NCBI GenBank assembly: GCA_965197585.1
Contig: OZ240215.1
Coordinates: 1,824,001-1,888,000, forward strand
Direction of reading: 5' to 3'
Source: Dehalococcoidia bacterium
GTDB lineage: Bacteria; Chloroflexota; Dehalococcoidia; Plut-88900
DNA length: 64,000 bases
Shown here: one piece after another, positions 20,117 through 31,868 of the stretch
How the letters are laid out: every line of letters begins with the position of its first letter
How positions within the stretch are numbered: the first letter of the stretch is position 1
Notes under the pieces: model-generated
Database searches by the model: none
Seen by the model: the letters and a program-made list of their open reading frames with translations, nothing else
Told to the model about the DNA's origin: nothing
Program-made: the position numbers and the translations under genes

Positions 20117-22609
20117 ATGCCTACAACCTCGGTACCCGACACCATAGTCGACTTCCTGCGCGAAGCCGCAGCACGCCACGGGCCCCGCGACGCCCTCCTC
20201 ATTAAACCCGCCTTCCGCTACATCCGCTGGACTTACGACAAGCTCTGGGAAGATTCAGGCCGTGTCGCCACTCTCCTCCAGCGCCGTGGCTTGAGTAAGG
20301 GAGACCAGGCCATCCTCTGGGGCCCCAATTCTCCCCACTGGGTACTCGCATTCTTCGGATGTCTACGGGCAGGGGTTGTTCTGATCCCCCTTGACCTTCG
20401 CAGCGCTCCCGACTACGTCTCCCGCGTCATATCCCGCACCGAGCCCAAGCTCGCCTTCACCTCCCGCTTCACATCCAAGGGAGATGTCGAGCTCGGCGTC
20501 CCGGAAATCACCTTCGAAGAGCTGGAGTTGGCCATAGCCGACCTCCCCACCCCCAACCCTGTACCCATCCAACCCGACGATCTCGCCGAAATTATGTTCA
20601 CCTCCGGCACCACCGGAGATCCCAAGGGTGTTATGCTCACCCACCGCAATCTCACCGCCAACATCGAAGGCATCTCCCAATACATCTCCGTCGACTCTTC
20701 CAGCAGGCTCCTGTCCATCCTCCCTCTCAGCCACATGTATGAGCAGATGGGCGGCCTCTTTTTCACTCTACACTCCGGCGCCAGCGTCACCTATCCCACC
20801 AGCCGACAGCCCACCGTCCTCTCCCGAACCATGCGCGAACGCAAAATCACCACCATGCTAATGGTGCCCCAGGCCCTGGAACTGCTGATGAATGGCATTG
20901 AGCGTGAGGTGATCAGACAAGGCAAGGAGCGGCTCTGGAAAAAGCTCCTCAAGGTAGCCGGGCGTACCCCCTTCGGCCTCCGCCGACACCTCTTCCGCAC
21001 GGTCCATAAGCAGTTTGGTGGCAAGCTTGACCTCATCGTGTCCGGCGGTGCGCCCCTTGACCGGGATTTGGGCCGCAAGTGGGAAATGCTTGGTATCAAG
21101 GTCCTCCAGGGCTATGGCGCCACCGAGGCTTCACCCGTGATCAGCAATCACACTATGGATGAACGCCGCCCCGACTCTACTGGCCGACCCTTGCCCAACG
21201 TACAGGTGAAAATCAGCGAGCAGGGCGAAATCCTGGTAAAAGGCGATAACATCACCCCCGGCTATTACAACGCCCCCGAAGAAACCGCCAAGGCCTTCGA
21301 AGATGGGTGGTACAAGACCGGCGACCTTGGCTACTTCGACGAGGATGGCTTCCTTCACATCCAGGGCCGGGTCAAGGACATGATCGTCCTCTCCAGCGGC
21401 CAGAACGTATTCCCCCAGGACATTCAAACCGTGCTGGTCAAACACCCGAGCGTCAAGGACGCAGTAGTTGTAGGTCTCCCTAAAGGCACGTCGGTAGAAG
21501 TTCACGCCGCCCTCATCCTTGACGACCTCAACACCGCCCGAGAGGCCGTAGACTGGACAAACTCCCAGCTCGCCGAGCAGCAGCGGGTCCGTAGCTTCAC
21601 CGTCTGGCCCGACGAAGACTTCCCCCGTACCCACACCCTGAAAGTCAAGAACCAGGTCGTCATAGATACAATCCTCCGTGGCGCCGAGCAGTCGACCCCC
21701 TCGTCTCCCCGCCCCTCCTCCACCCCTCCAACCGGCGCCCGAGACCTGATGAGCATCATCGCCGAACTAAGCCGCCGTGACCTCGAACTCGTCAACGATA
21801 CCGCTAACCTGGGAGACGACCTGGACCTCGACTCCCTCGGCCGTATCGAACTCCTCTCCGCCGTAGAATCCGAGCTCGGCGTATACCTCGATGAGTCCCA
21901 AATCTCCCCCGAAACGACCGTCCGCCAGCTATCCTCCATGGTCGAAGAAGGCTCCAGGCGCCCGCCTATGGTTAAGTTTCCCGCCTGGGGAATGCGAATG
22001 TGGGCTCGCATGGCGCGCGGATTCCTACAGCAAGGCCTTGTCTTTCCCTTAATGACCCTTATATACGGCCTGAAGGTGTCGGGCAAAGAGAACCTTGCTG
22101 GACTGACCGGCCCCGTGCTCTTCGCTTCCAACCACCATCTGGGCCTGGACAACCCACTCATTTTCAAAGCCGTGACCCGACGCTGGAGAAGTCGCTTGGC
22201 CGTCGCCGCCGCCGCCGAGCTGTGGCAGAACCCCATCTGGTGGGTGCTGAACCCGCTCTTGGGCAACGGATTCCCCATCGCGAAAACGGGCCCAATCAGG
22301 CCCAGTCTCGAAAACCTGGGAAGCATCATGGACCGCGGATGGTCGGTCCTGATCTACCCGGAAGGCGTACTTACCGTCGGAGGCCCGATGAAGCCCTTTA
22401 TGCAAGGTGCTGGATTAGTGGCCGTTGAAGGCCGAGTCCCCGTCGTGCCCATGCGGCTGGACGTCACAAGGTTCGGCTCACCCTCCCGCCTCCCCTTCCT
22501 GCGCCGGGGCCGAGTCGAAATCCGATTCGGCCCTCCCCTCACCTTCCCCCCCGGCACCGACTACCAGGACGCAACCTCAACCATAGAGGAAGCCGTCAAA
22601 GCCCTCTAA
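20117..22609 (+). CDS. Adenylation-ACP-acyltransferase fusion (Aas-like acyl ligase)
   Basis: FTSGTTGDPKG, GYGATE, TGDLG; carrier motif LDSLGR; NHHLGLD and YPEG acyltransferase motifs. Confidence 0.9.
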   Translation: MPTTSVPDTIVDFLREAAARHGPRDALLIKPAFRYIRWTYDKLWEDSGRVATLLQRRGLSKGDQAILWGPNSPHWVLAFFGCLRAGVVLIPLDLRSAPDYVSRVISRTEPKLAFTSRFTSKGDVELGVPEITFEELELAIADLPTPNPVPIQPDDLAEIMFTSGTTGDPKGVMLTHRNLTANIEGISQYISVDSSSRLLSILPLSHMYEQMGGLFFTLHSGASVTYPTSRQPTVLSRTMRERKITTMLMVPQALELLMNGIEREVIRQGKERLWKKLLKVAGRTPFGLRRHLFRTVHKQFGGKLDLIVSGGAPLDRDLGRKWEMLGIKVLQGYGATEASPVISNHTMDERRPDSTGRPLPNVQVKISEQGEILVKGDNITPGYYNAPEETAKAFEDGWYKTGDLGYFDEDGFLHIQGRVKDMIVLSSGQNVFPQDIQTVLVKHPSVKDAVVVGLPKGTSVEVHAALILDDLNTAREAVDWTNSQLAEQQRVRSFTVWPDEDFPRTHTLKVKNQVVIDTILRGAEQSTPSSPRPSSTPPTGARDLMSIIAELSRRDLELVNDTANLGDDLDLDSLGRIELLSAVESELGVYLDESQISPETTVRQLSSMVEEGSRRPPMVKFPAWGMRMWARMARGFLQQGLVFPLMTLIYGLKVSGKENLAGLTGPVLFASNHHLGLDNPLIFKAVTRRWRSRLAVAAAAELWQNPIWWVLNPLLGNGFPIAKTGPIRPSLENLGSIMDRGWSVLIYPEGVLTVGGPMKPFMQGAGLVAVEGRVPVVPMRLDVTRFGSPSRLPFLRRGRVEIRFGPPLTFPPGTDYQDATSTIEEAVKAL

Positions 22610-22638
22610 CCCCCTATCCAAATCCCCCCTCCCTCAAC

Positions 22639-23040
22639 GAGACCTTCGCATAACCGTCATTCCAGGCGGCGGCGGAGAGGTCCAGTCCCCTCTCCCTCGA
22701 TGAGACCTTTGCGTAACCACTGCTGGAGGGGCTGGGGCCGCTCGTGCTGAGTCCCGTCGAAGTATGCGCGGGGGAGGGGTTTGGCGATCAGAATGGTAAA
22801 AGGGGCCTGTTCTGCAGTTACGCAAAGGGCTCGCGATGGGTCGAACATACACCGTAGCCTGAACCCCCCCTCGACGAGACCTTTGCGTAATCACTGCTGG
22901 AGGGGCTGGGGCCGCTCGTGCTGAGCCCCGTCGAAGTATGCGCGGGGAGGGGTTTGGCGATCAGAATGGTAAAAGGGGCCTGTTCTGCAGTTACGCAAAG
23001 GGCTCGCGATGGGTCGAACATACGCCGTAGCCTGAACCCC
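22639..23040. repeat. Tandem duplication (174-bp period) of a MITE with IS5-type TIRs
   Basis: Copies 22702-22832 and 22876-23005 run from GAGACCTTTGCGTAA to GTTACGCAAAGGGCTC; extra left end at 22639. Confidence 0.85.
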
Positions 23041-23080
23041 TCCCCCGTAGGTATGACTCTCGCGGTCGCCCTTCTCTCGC

Positions 23081-23632
23081 CTAAATAGGCAGCAAAGGCG
23101 TAGCCCCCGCATCCACCTCCACCTCGAACGTGTTCAGCGCCCCGGCTAAGAGAGCATAGTACCCGGTCGTCACCGTAAGGTCCGCCACCCCCTGCGCCCC
23201 AAACCTGGCGTAAGCCGCTTCATAGACACCCTGTGACACGTTGTGCTGGCGCATCGTCTCAAGCACATAGTTGCAGACCACAGCCTCCTCATCACTCAAC
23301 CCCGAGGGCGCCCTCCGGTCCCGCACGGCCATAATGGCCTCTTCACGCACCCCGGCCTTTCGAGCCTCCGGCTCGTGATAGGTCCATTCGTACTGGCAGT
23401 CCCACTCCCGAGCCGTCACCAGAATCGTCAGCTCCTTGACATCCGCCGGGAGACTGGACTCGAATCTGATGTAAGCCCCCAAGTGCGCAGCGCGGCGCGA
23501 CATCTCCGGGCTGTTGAGCAGCACAGAAAACGGCCCCGACACCTCCCCCCGGCTCCCCCTAATCTCATCGTAGGCAACCTGCCCACCTTCGGGCGCGTCT
23601 TCCCTGTTCCTGATCCTGGGAATCCTGGTCAT
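23081..23632 (-). CDS. Carboxymuconolactone decarboxylase (CMD/AhpD-like) family protein
   Basis: GPFSVLLNSP, ELTILVTAREWDCQYEWTYH. Confidence 0.85.
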   Translation of the reverse strand: MTRIPRIRNREDAPEGGQVAYDEIRGSRGEVSGPFSVLLNSPEMSRRAAHLGAYIRFESSLPADVKELTILVTAREWDCQYEWTYHEPEARKAGVREEAIMAVRDRRAPSGLSDEEAVVCNYVLETMRQHNVSQGVYEAAYARFGAQGVADLTVTTGYYALLAGALNTFEVEVDAGATPLLPI

Positions 23633-23882
23633 AAGATGCTTTCCTCCTGCTATTACTACCCCAAAAACCCTGTTCCTTGCTCAGCCCCCCTTGCCATGCC
23701 GACACCATTCGCATTGACATTCCAAAGTCCCGTGATCCTCTCATACCGAGGCCTTGCTTTACTTTTATTCCAAGGTGCTGCCTTTCTCTCATTCCAACGC
23801 CTCGTTTTACTGTCATTCCGAGGCTCCGCGAGTAATCTAGGACTTGCCCGCTCACTTTGTTGCCTCGATAGCCCTTTCCCTA

Positions 23883-25253
23883 TTACGCCGGACTCCTCTT
23901 CAGCAACGATGCTATTACCAACGCCCCACCTATCATCATAATCACAATCGTGGGTACTATCAGGCTGCCGGTGACATCCGTGAGCATCGATGTACCCACA
24001 TCAATACCTAGCTGGCACAAAGCCGGCTCCACGTCCGATGCCCTGCCCGCCAGTCCGTCGCACCCCGCATGCCCCACCTCAAGGAAAGATGCGAACATGT
24101 TGGGAAGTTGCGCTCGCAAAGCCAGGGCAATGCCCATAAACGCGCCGCCGGAAAGCAGGATCGCCAGGCCCGGCCAGCCCATGAAGGATTTGAGGCCCGG
24201 CAGATGCACAAGACCCAGCAGCACGCTGAACACGACAATCGCCAATATGCCCCCCCAGGAACCCGCTGTCTTCCCGCGGGTCAGCCACTCCCGGACTTGA
24301 TCCACGTCCGCCAGCACCTCTCCTTTGCTCACACCCCGGTTCTTCGCGATCTTCCTCAGTGGATCGAACCGGTCCTGGTCGTCCAACTGGTTCTCCCGGA
24401 ACTCCTCTAACGCGCTGTCGATGAGCGGCCCAGCCAACGGTTCCACCGCTATGACCAGGACCCGAGTGAGCGCCTCCCGAGAATCGGGCAATAGGAGAGC
24501 CTCGTTGACCTCGCTATCAAATTGGTCCAGCAAGGCAAGCAAATCCAGCGAAAACCCCTTCTCTCTTGCCTCGACCTTCGCCTGAGCATAGGCCGCGGGC
24601 CTGATCTCCGGTGGCACTCCCACAAGAGACGGTGCCGTTATCGGAAACTGCGGGTCTTCCAGTTGGATAAGCGTATCCGCCAATTGAAGGCTAAAGGTGT
24701 CTACCCGGTCTTGAAGGGTGCCTTCCGGCGGAGGCAGTATTACCAGGTTGTTCTCTACCGCCTTCGCCAGGAATCGAAGCAAGGCAGGCTTGGCGGTCCC
24801 CTCTACAGGCTCGACCCCTTCAGGGGTTGGCACGCCCGTGCCGATTATTGGCCTAAAATGAATGTAGACGTCTGGTACGGCTATCGGCTCATCGGTCGCC
24901 GGATCGATCTCTTCGTTGAGATACTCCACCGCTCCACTCACCGCACCCTCCACCTGACGCCGAAGCTGAGGTGGCGACAGAATGCCCTTGATCAGCGGCT
25001 CCACGTCTTCTTCCTCAATCCGGATGCCACCCAGGAAGTTGGCCCTTTCATCCTCCTGGATCTGCCTCGTCACCTCGGGGACCAACACCGCATCATATAG
25101 ACGGTTGTAGACGTCATTCTCCGAAAAATGCTTCAGGTAGAAGTCTTCGGATATAAAATGGGAGCGCAGCGAGTCTGTAGTCAGATAGCTCAGCACGCCG
25201 AGGAAAATCACTACCCCCAGCGCCAAGCTTATGATGACTTTGAAGAGGCCCAT
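23883..25253 (-). CDS. Hypothetical membrane protein
   Basis: 456 aa, one N-terminal and three C-terminal TM helices around a large soluble region. Confidence 0.75.
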   Translation of the reverse strand: MGLFKVIISLALGVVIFLGVLSYLTTDSLRSHFISEDFYLKHFSENDVYNRLYDAVLVPEVTRQIQEDERANFLGGIRIEEEDVEPLIKGILSPPQLRRQVEGAVSGAVEYLNEEIDPATDEPIAVPDVYIHFRPIIGTGVPTPEGVEPVEGTAKPALLRFLAKAVENNLVILPPPEGTLQDRVDTFSLQLADTLIQLEDPQFPITAPSLVGVPPEIRPAAYAQAKVEAREKGFSLDLLALLDQFDSEVNEALLLPDSREALTRVLVIAVEPLAGPLIDSALEEFRENQLDDQDRFDPLRKIAKNRGVSKGEVLADVDQVREWLTRGKTAGSWGGILAIVVFSVLLGLVHLPGLKSFMGWPGLAILLSGGAFMGIALALRAQLPNMFASFLEVGHAGCDGLAGRASDVEPALCQLGIDVGTSMLTDVTGSLIVPTIVIMMIGGALVIASLLKRSPA

Positions 25254-25296
25254 GCTTCAGATCAACGGCAGCGCTAAGCGCCGGGGAGGCCGACCG

Positions 25297-26238
25297 TTAA
25301 CTCCTGGCTGCCTTGGCGGTGTGGCCTTTCTCGTTGTCCCGAAATTCCCGTGGCAGAACAAAGGTTATGTCCTCCTCGGCCCCGTCCAGGGTAGTCACCT
25401 TCTCAGGGTGTAGCGCCTCTACCACCTGCCGCACCAGCAGCTCGGGCGTCGAGGCACCGGAGATGATCCCTATCCTATTCACGTCCCCGCCGATCTCAAG
25501 TCCGTCCAGGTCCTGTGCCCCACTGATCAGATAGGACGGGACGCCCAGTGCCTCGGCCACGTCCCTGAGCCGGTTGCAGTTCGAGCTCTGCTGCGCCCCG
25601 ATCACGAGTACCAGGTCGGATGTTGCCGCTAGCTGCTGTACTGCCTCCTGACGATTGGTCGTCGCATAGCAGATGTCATTCCTCACCAGCGAGTTCGGGA
25701 AACGGGACTTTACCTCATCCACCGCCTTGGACGTGTCCAGTACGGAAAGCGTTGTCTGCGTGAGCACCACAAGCGGGCTTTCAGAGTCCCACTCGGGCAG
25801 TTTTATCTCCTCCCGTTCGTCGATGAGCTCCATTGAGGTCTGCCCCATGGTCCCGATCACCTCTTGATGGCCCGGATGCCCGATAAGCACCACCTTGCGG
25901 CCCTCTCTGGCGTACTTCCGGGCCTCGTTATGCACCTTGGTGACTAGCGGGCACGTGGCGTCGATCACCTTGTGCCCGCGCTGGCGCGCTAGTTCGAAGT
26001 CCTCGGGCGGAGACCCATGCGCCGAGAATACAACCACCGAGTCCTCCGGGACCTCCTCGACGTCCTCTACAGTTATCGCGCCTTTCGCCTCCAGGGATGC
26101 CACCACGTATGGGTTGTGGACTATTTCGTGCTTGACGTATACCGGAGGGCCATACGTCTCCAGCGCCAGTTCCACTATATCTATGGCGCGCACAACTCCG
26201 GCGCAGAATCCCCTGGGGGTGGCAAGAAATACCTCCAA
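25297..26238 (-). CDS. ispH: 4-hydroxy-3-methylbut-2-enyl diphosphate reductase
   Basis: PRGFCAGV, EIVHN, SAHG, DATCPLV, DICYATTNRQ, SSN, GASTP. Confidence 0.96.
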   Translation of the reverse strand: MEVFLATPRGFCAGVVRAIDIVELALETYGPPVYVKHEIVHNPYVVASLEAKGAITVEDVEEVPEDSVVVFSAHGSPPEDFELARQRGHKVIDATCPLVTKVHNEARKYAREGRKVVLIGHPGHQEVIGTMGQTSMELIDEREEIKLPEWDSESPLVVLTQTTLSVLDTSKAVDEVKSRFPNSLVRNDICYATTNRQEAVQQLAATSDLVLVIGAQQSSNCNRLRDVAEALGVPSYLISGAQDLDGLEIGGDVNRIGIISGASTPELLVRQVVEALHPEKVTTLDGAEEDITFVLPREFRDNEKGHTAKAARS

Positions 26239-26326
26239 GATCGCATCTCCTTTTCTGGATCAGTCTCTTCAGCCATAATCATTATACATCCGTTCACCCA
26301 CCCCCCGCCCTGACACCCCTCATTAG

Positions 26327-27493
<1,167 letters not shown>

Positions 27494-27641
27494 CTATCAA
27501 CACAGTTGCTGAGCAGAGTCGAAGGGTCGAGCGGAGGGGGCTCACGAAATACCAACTGGCTGCCTCCCACCCTCCAAACCCTTAATGGACACTCCATGAC
27601 CTATAGGTTAGATTACGCTCGAACCTACCCCCCGCTCACCC

Positions 27642-28829
27642 ATGCACCAACTCCTCGAAAACGTCAAAGTCCTCGACCTTACTCACTACGTTGCAGGGCC
27701 ATACTGCACCAAGCTCCTAGCCGACTACGGAGCCGACGTCATTAAGGTCGAAAGGCCCGGTATCGGCGATTGCGCCCGACGCATCGGCCCCTTCCTTAAG
27801 GACCTCCCCCACCCCGAAAACAGCGGCCTGTTTCTACACCTCAACGGCAACAAGCGTAGCGTCACCCTGAACTTGAAATCCGCGCGCGGCCGACGCCTGT
27901 TAGAGGCTCTCGCCCAATGGGCCGACATCCTGGTCGAGAGCTTCCGGCCTGGCGTCATGGCCCGGCTTGGACTCTCCTATGAAGCGCTGAGCAATCTCAA
28001 CCCGTCCCTCGTTATGGTCTCCCTGTCTAACTTCGGTCAGACCGGCCCCTACAAGAACTATGCCCTCGACGAGATAACCGGCTACGGTATGGGAGGCATG
28101 ATGCACGCCAACGGCCTCCCGGACCGCGAGCCCCTTAAACTGGGCGGACGGGTCGGGCTCTACCAGGCCGGGACCGTGGCCGCAGGTGCCACGATTACTT
28201 CCCTATACGGCGCCCGAGCCGCTGGCATCGGAGACCATCTCGACATTTCAATCTTCGAAACCCAGGCCGGAAGCATCGATAGGCGGGCCAACTGGGTCCT
28301 CGCATACCAGTACACCGGCGAAAACGCCTTGAGGCTCGGCCCCAACATCTATTCCGGCCTGAGACCCGCCGGTGACGGCTACATAGATATGTGGACCGTA
28401 GGAAAAATGCTTCCACGGCTCGCCACGGCCCTCGGCCCGAGCCCCGACCCGGCCTTGGACGATCCCGCAGACCTATCCGACGCCGTTCAGGACTTGGAGG
28501 CCCGGATACTCGACTGGAGCCTGAGTCACACCAAGCAGGAGCTGTGGTTCAAGGCCCAGGAGCAGAGAATACCCTCGGGGCCCCTCAACTACGTCGACGA
28601 GGTGATGGCCGACCCCCAGTTCCGGGCCACGGGATTCTGGAACAAGGTCGAACTACCCCACACAGGCTTGGTCGAGCAGCCCGGCAGCCCCTTCGCCCCC
28701 CACACCGCCCCGAGACAACTCCGCCGCCCCGCTCCTACCCTGGGACAGCACTACCAGGAAGTCTTCTGCGGCCTTCTAGGCTTCTCCAAGCCCGAGCTCT
28801 CGCGCATGGCCCAGATGGGGGTCGTCTAA
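27642..28829 (+). CDS. CaiB/BaiF family III CoA-transferase
   Basis: VLDLTHYVAGP, ADYGADVIKVE, NKRSVTLNLK, APTLGQH. Confidence 0.92.
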   Translation: MHQLLENVKVLDLTHYVAGPYCTKLLADYGADVIKVERPGIGDCARRIGPFLKDLPHPENSGLFLHLNGNKRSVTLNLKSARGRRLLEALAQWADILVESFRPGVMARLGLSYEALSNLNPSLVMVSLSNFGQTGPYKNYALDEITGYGMGGMMHANGLPDREPLKLGGRVGLYQAGTVAAGATITSLYGARAAGIGDHLDISIFETQAGSIDRRANWVLAYQYTGENALRLGPNIYSGLRPAGDGYIDMWTVGKMLPRLATALGPSPDPALDDPADLSDAVQDLEARILDWSLSHTKQELWFKAQEQRIPSGPLNYVDEVMADPQFRATGFWNKVELPHTGLVEQPGSPFAPHTAPRQLRRPAPTLGQHYQEVFCGLLGFSKPELSRMAQMGVV

Positions 28830-28832
28830 GGA

Positions 28833-30137
28833 ATGCCGGACTTGAGCTATAAAGCCCTCCCCCTCTCCGGCACCCGAGTCCTTGACCTCTCCATCGTCTG
28901 GGCAGGCCCCTACGCCACTCAACTGCTCGCCGACTGGGGCGCCGAGGTCATCCGAGTAGAACCTCTCACCGTTTTTCAGCCCGTGACCCGTGGCGTAGTC
29001 CCTCGTCCCAAGAAGGGCCAGTTCCTGTCCGCCCACAAGTTCCCCGACAACGACCCCGGACTCCGCCCCTGGAATCGCGATTCCGCTTTCAACACCCATG
29101 CCCACAACAAGCTCAGCATGACCCTCAACCTGGACGCCAAGGATGGACGCACGGTTTTCCAAGACCTGGTCGCCATAAGCGATGTGCTCGTCGAAAATAA
29201 CCCCGTCTCCACCTTGACCAAGCTGGGCATCGACTATCCTTGGCTCAGAAACATCCGCCCCGACCTCATTGTCGTTCGAATGCCGCCCTACGGCCTCCAG
29301 GGCCCCTATCGCAACTTCCGCTCCGTCGGATCATCCTTGGAAGCAGTCATGGGCCACACGAGCATTCGCGGATACTGTGACACTGACCCCTCAATGACCA
29401 GCTCCGTCTACACCGCCGATGCCTCTGCCGGAGCTAATGCCGCATTCGCCGTGGTCTCCGCATTGCTCTTCCGTCGCGAGTCGGGTTCCGGAGGCTTGAT
29501 CGACGCCAGCCAGGCCCAGGCCATGCTCCCCTACCTCGGCGAGGCCCTCATGGACTACTCCATGAACTCCCGAGTCCAGACCACCCTCGGAAATGCCGAC
29601 CCCTCAAAAGCGCCCCACGGCTGCTATCCCTGCCTCGGGGGCGACCGATGGATCACAATCTCCGTGGACAGCGATGATCAATGGAAAGCCTTGAAAGGTG
29701 TGATGGGCAATCCCCCCTGGTCCTGCGACTCTCGATTTGCCACCTGTTCCAGCCGGTGGACATGGCAGGAAGAGTTGGACTCCCTAATCTCTCGTTGGAC
29801 CCGGGACCGGGACTCTAACGAACTAATGGCCGAACTCCAGCTTTCCGGTATAGCCGCCGGTCCGGTAAACAAAGACGCCGACCTCCTGGCAGACCCCCAC
29901 CTAGCCGACCGGGGCTTCTTCGAACCGTTGGACCATTCCGATACTGGACACTACCTCTATCCCGGTCCAATGTGGCGCTCCCGCTCATTCCCCAACCAGC
30001 TCCGAACACCGCCCTGCAACCTGGGCCAACACAACGAATACGCCTACCGAGACCTGCTTGGATACAACGACAACAGGTATTCCGAACTGGAGGCCGCCGG
30101 CCACATCGGCACCGAGTTCCACCCAAACGTCACCTAG
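28833..30137 (+). CDS. CaiB/BaiF family III CoA-transferase
   Basis: VLDLSIVWAGP, ADWGAEVIRVE, NKLSMTLNL, LGQHN. Confidence 0.92.
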   Translation: MPDLSYKALPLSGTRVLDLSIVWAGPYATQLLADWGAEVIRVEPLTVFQPVTRGVVPRPKKGQFLSAHKFPDNDPGLRPWNRDSAFNTHAHNKLSMTLNLDAKDGRTVFQDLVAISDVLVENNPVSTLTKLGIDYPWLRNIRPDLIVVRMPPYGLQGPYRNFRSVGSSLEAVMGHTSIRGYCDTDPSMTSSVYTADASAGANAAFAVVSALLFRRESGSGGLIDASQAQAMLPYLGEALMDYSMNSRVQTTLGNADPSKAPHGCYPCLGGDRWITISVDSDDQWKALKGVMGNPPWSCDSRFATCSSRWTWQEELDSLISRWTRDRDSNELMAELQLSGIAAGPVNKDADLLADPHLADRGFFEPLDHSDTGHYLYPGPMWRSRSFPNQLRTPPCNLGQHNEYAYRDLLGYNDNRYSELEAAGHIGTEFHPNVT

Positions 30138-30243
30138 ACTTACTGGGCCCGCCACAATCTCACCCGCTCGTGCTGTCGGAGATCCGCCTGAGGCGGGGGC
30201 CCCGTCGAAGTATGAGCGGCCGATGCACCCACCCCCAGACCCC

Positions 30244-31839
30244 CTACCACCCGATAGCGCACCCATCCTTCCGAGGCTCCGACCCACCCTTCAGCACACC
30301 CGTCTCGGCATCTCGCTCGATGATCTGCCCACCCCCGAACAGGCTTCGGTTCTCGTCCCCGTAGGTCACTATGTGGTGACCCCTTCTGATTAGCTCCTCC
30401 CGAGTTCCCCCGTTAACCTCTTCTTCCAACGCCACTCCGTCCCCGATCAGCGCGCTGAACCTTAGAGCGTCCAGTGCCTCCTGAGGCTCGAGATCGAAGT
30501 CGACCATGTTCGCCATCACCTGCAGCTGCCCCTGCGGCTGCTGGAATCCACCCATCACCCCGAAGGAGAGCCACATCTGATCGCCGCGTGTGGCCATTGC
30601 CGGGATTATCGTGTGGTAGGGCCTCTTGTCCGGCGCCAGGGCATTCGGGTGCTCGGGGTCCAGCGAGAAGAGAGCGCCCCTATTGTGCAGCGCAATCCCC
30701 GTACCCGGCACCACCAGCCCTGTCCCGAAGCTCTCGTAAAGGCTGTTGATGAACGAGCAGGCGTTCCCGTCCCCATCAACCACCGTCAGGTAGGCCGTAT
30801 TGGCAGTCGCATACACGTTTCCGGGACGCGGCTGCTGGATGACTCCATCACAGGCGATCTGACTCCGGCGTTCCGCCGCGTATCCCTTGTCCAGCAGCAC
30901 TTTGAGCGGCACATCCACCTTGGCTGGATCTCCGATGTATCTGAGCGCATCGGCATACGCCAGGCGCATCGACTCGATCAGGTGGTGGTACGTGTCCGCC
31001 GACTGGAAACCCATCCCCCTAATGTCGAATCCCTCGGCGATGTTCATCGCCATCAGTGCTGCAAGCCCGTGTCCATTGGGTGGGCATTCCCAGACCCGAA
31101 CTCCTCTGTAGTCCGAGGAAATTGGCTCGTCCCAGGTGGACTGGTGGCTTTCCAGGTCTTCCTTTTCCAGCCAACCACCCATCTTCTGAACGTAGTTCGC
31201 TATCTTCTCCGCCAGCTTACCCTTGTAAAATGCCTTCGGTCCCCGCCTCGCGATGGACTTGAGCACCTCAGCCAACTCCGGGAACCTCATTACTTCACCC
31301 GCCCGCGGGGCCCGGCCATTGAGCAGCATTTCACTCCCCGACGGATATCGCGCCAGCTTGTCAGCGTTATATGCCCAGGACTTCCCCAGCACCTTCTGCA
31401 CTACAAACCCATCGGCAGCATAGCTGATGGCAGGTTTCAGCAGCTTTGACAGAGGCATGCTCCCGTGCCTCTTCAACAGCGTCTGCCACCCATCCACGAT
31501 CCCCGGAACCGTCACCGAATGTGCGCCCAGATGGGGCATCTCTTTGTACCCTTCCCCCACCAACTCTTCCAACGATGCCCTTCTCCCCGCACGCCCGCTC
31601 CCGTTCAGCGCCGTGACCTTCCGGTCCTTCGCCGACCATGTCAACGCAAACATGTCCCCCCCGAGCCCCGTGGACATCGGCTCCGTTACGCACAACGCCG
31701 CGGAGGTAGCCACCGCCGCATCTGCTGCGTTGCCTCCGTCTTGAAGCACCCTGAGTCCGGCCATCGCCGCTTGAGTCTCGCTGGTCGCCACCATGCCGCG
31801 CCGGGCCTCGACACTCGGCCTTCGGGTCAAGAAGCTCAT
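30244..31839 (-). CDS. ggt: Gamma-glutamyltransferase family protein
   Basis: GGNAADAA, STGLGGD, NTAYLTVVD (autocleavage Thr), RPYHTIIP, GVMGG, PRKDG. Confidence 0.93.
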   Translation of the reverse strand: MSFLTRRPSVEARRGMVATSETQAAMAGLRVLQDGGNAADAAVATSAALCVTEPMSTGLGGDMFALTWSAKDRKVTALNGSGRAGRRASLEELVGEGYKEMPHLGAHSVTVPGIVDGWQTLLKRHGSMPLSKLLKPAISYAADGFVVQKVLGKSWAYNADKLARYPSGSEMLLNGRAPRAGEVMRFPELAEVLKSIARRGPKAFYKGKLAEKIANYVQKMGGWLEKEDLESHQSTWDEPISSDYRGVRVWECPPNGHGLAALMAMNIAEGFDIRGMGFQSADTYHHLIESMRLAYADALRYIGDPAKVDVPLKVLLDKGYAAERRSQIACDGVIQQPRPGNVYATANTAYLTVVDGDGNACSFINSLYESFGTGLVVPGTGIALHNRGALFSLDPEHPNALAPDKRPYHTIIPAMATRGDQMWLSFGVMGGFQQPQGQLQVMANMVDFDLEPQEALDALRFSALIGDGVALEEEVNGGTREELIRRGHHIVTYGDENRSLFGGGQIIERDAETGVLKGGSEPRKDGCAIGW

Positions 31840-31868
31840 CTCTTCCTCCTGATTCGTTCTCTAATTGA

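Noticed and set aside
22639-23040. CRISPR array or small repeated ORFs (63-86 aa)
   Set aside because: This is a 174-bp tandem duplication of a MITE; the ORFs are translations of repeat DNA.
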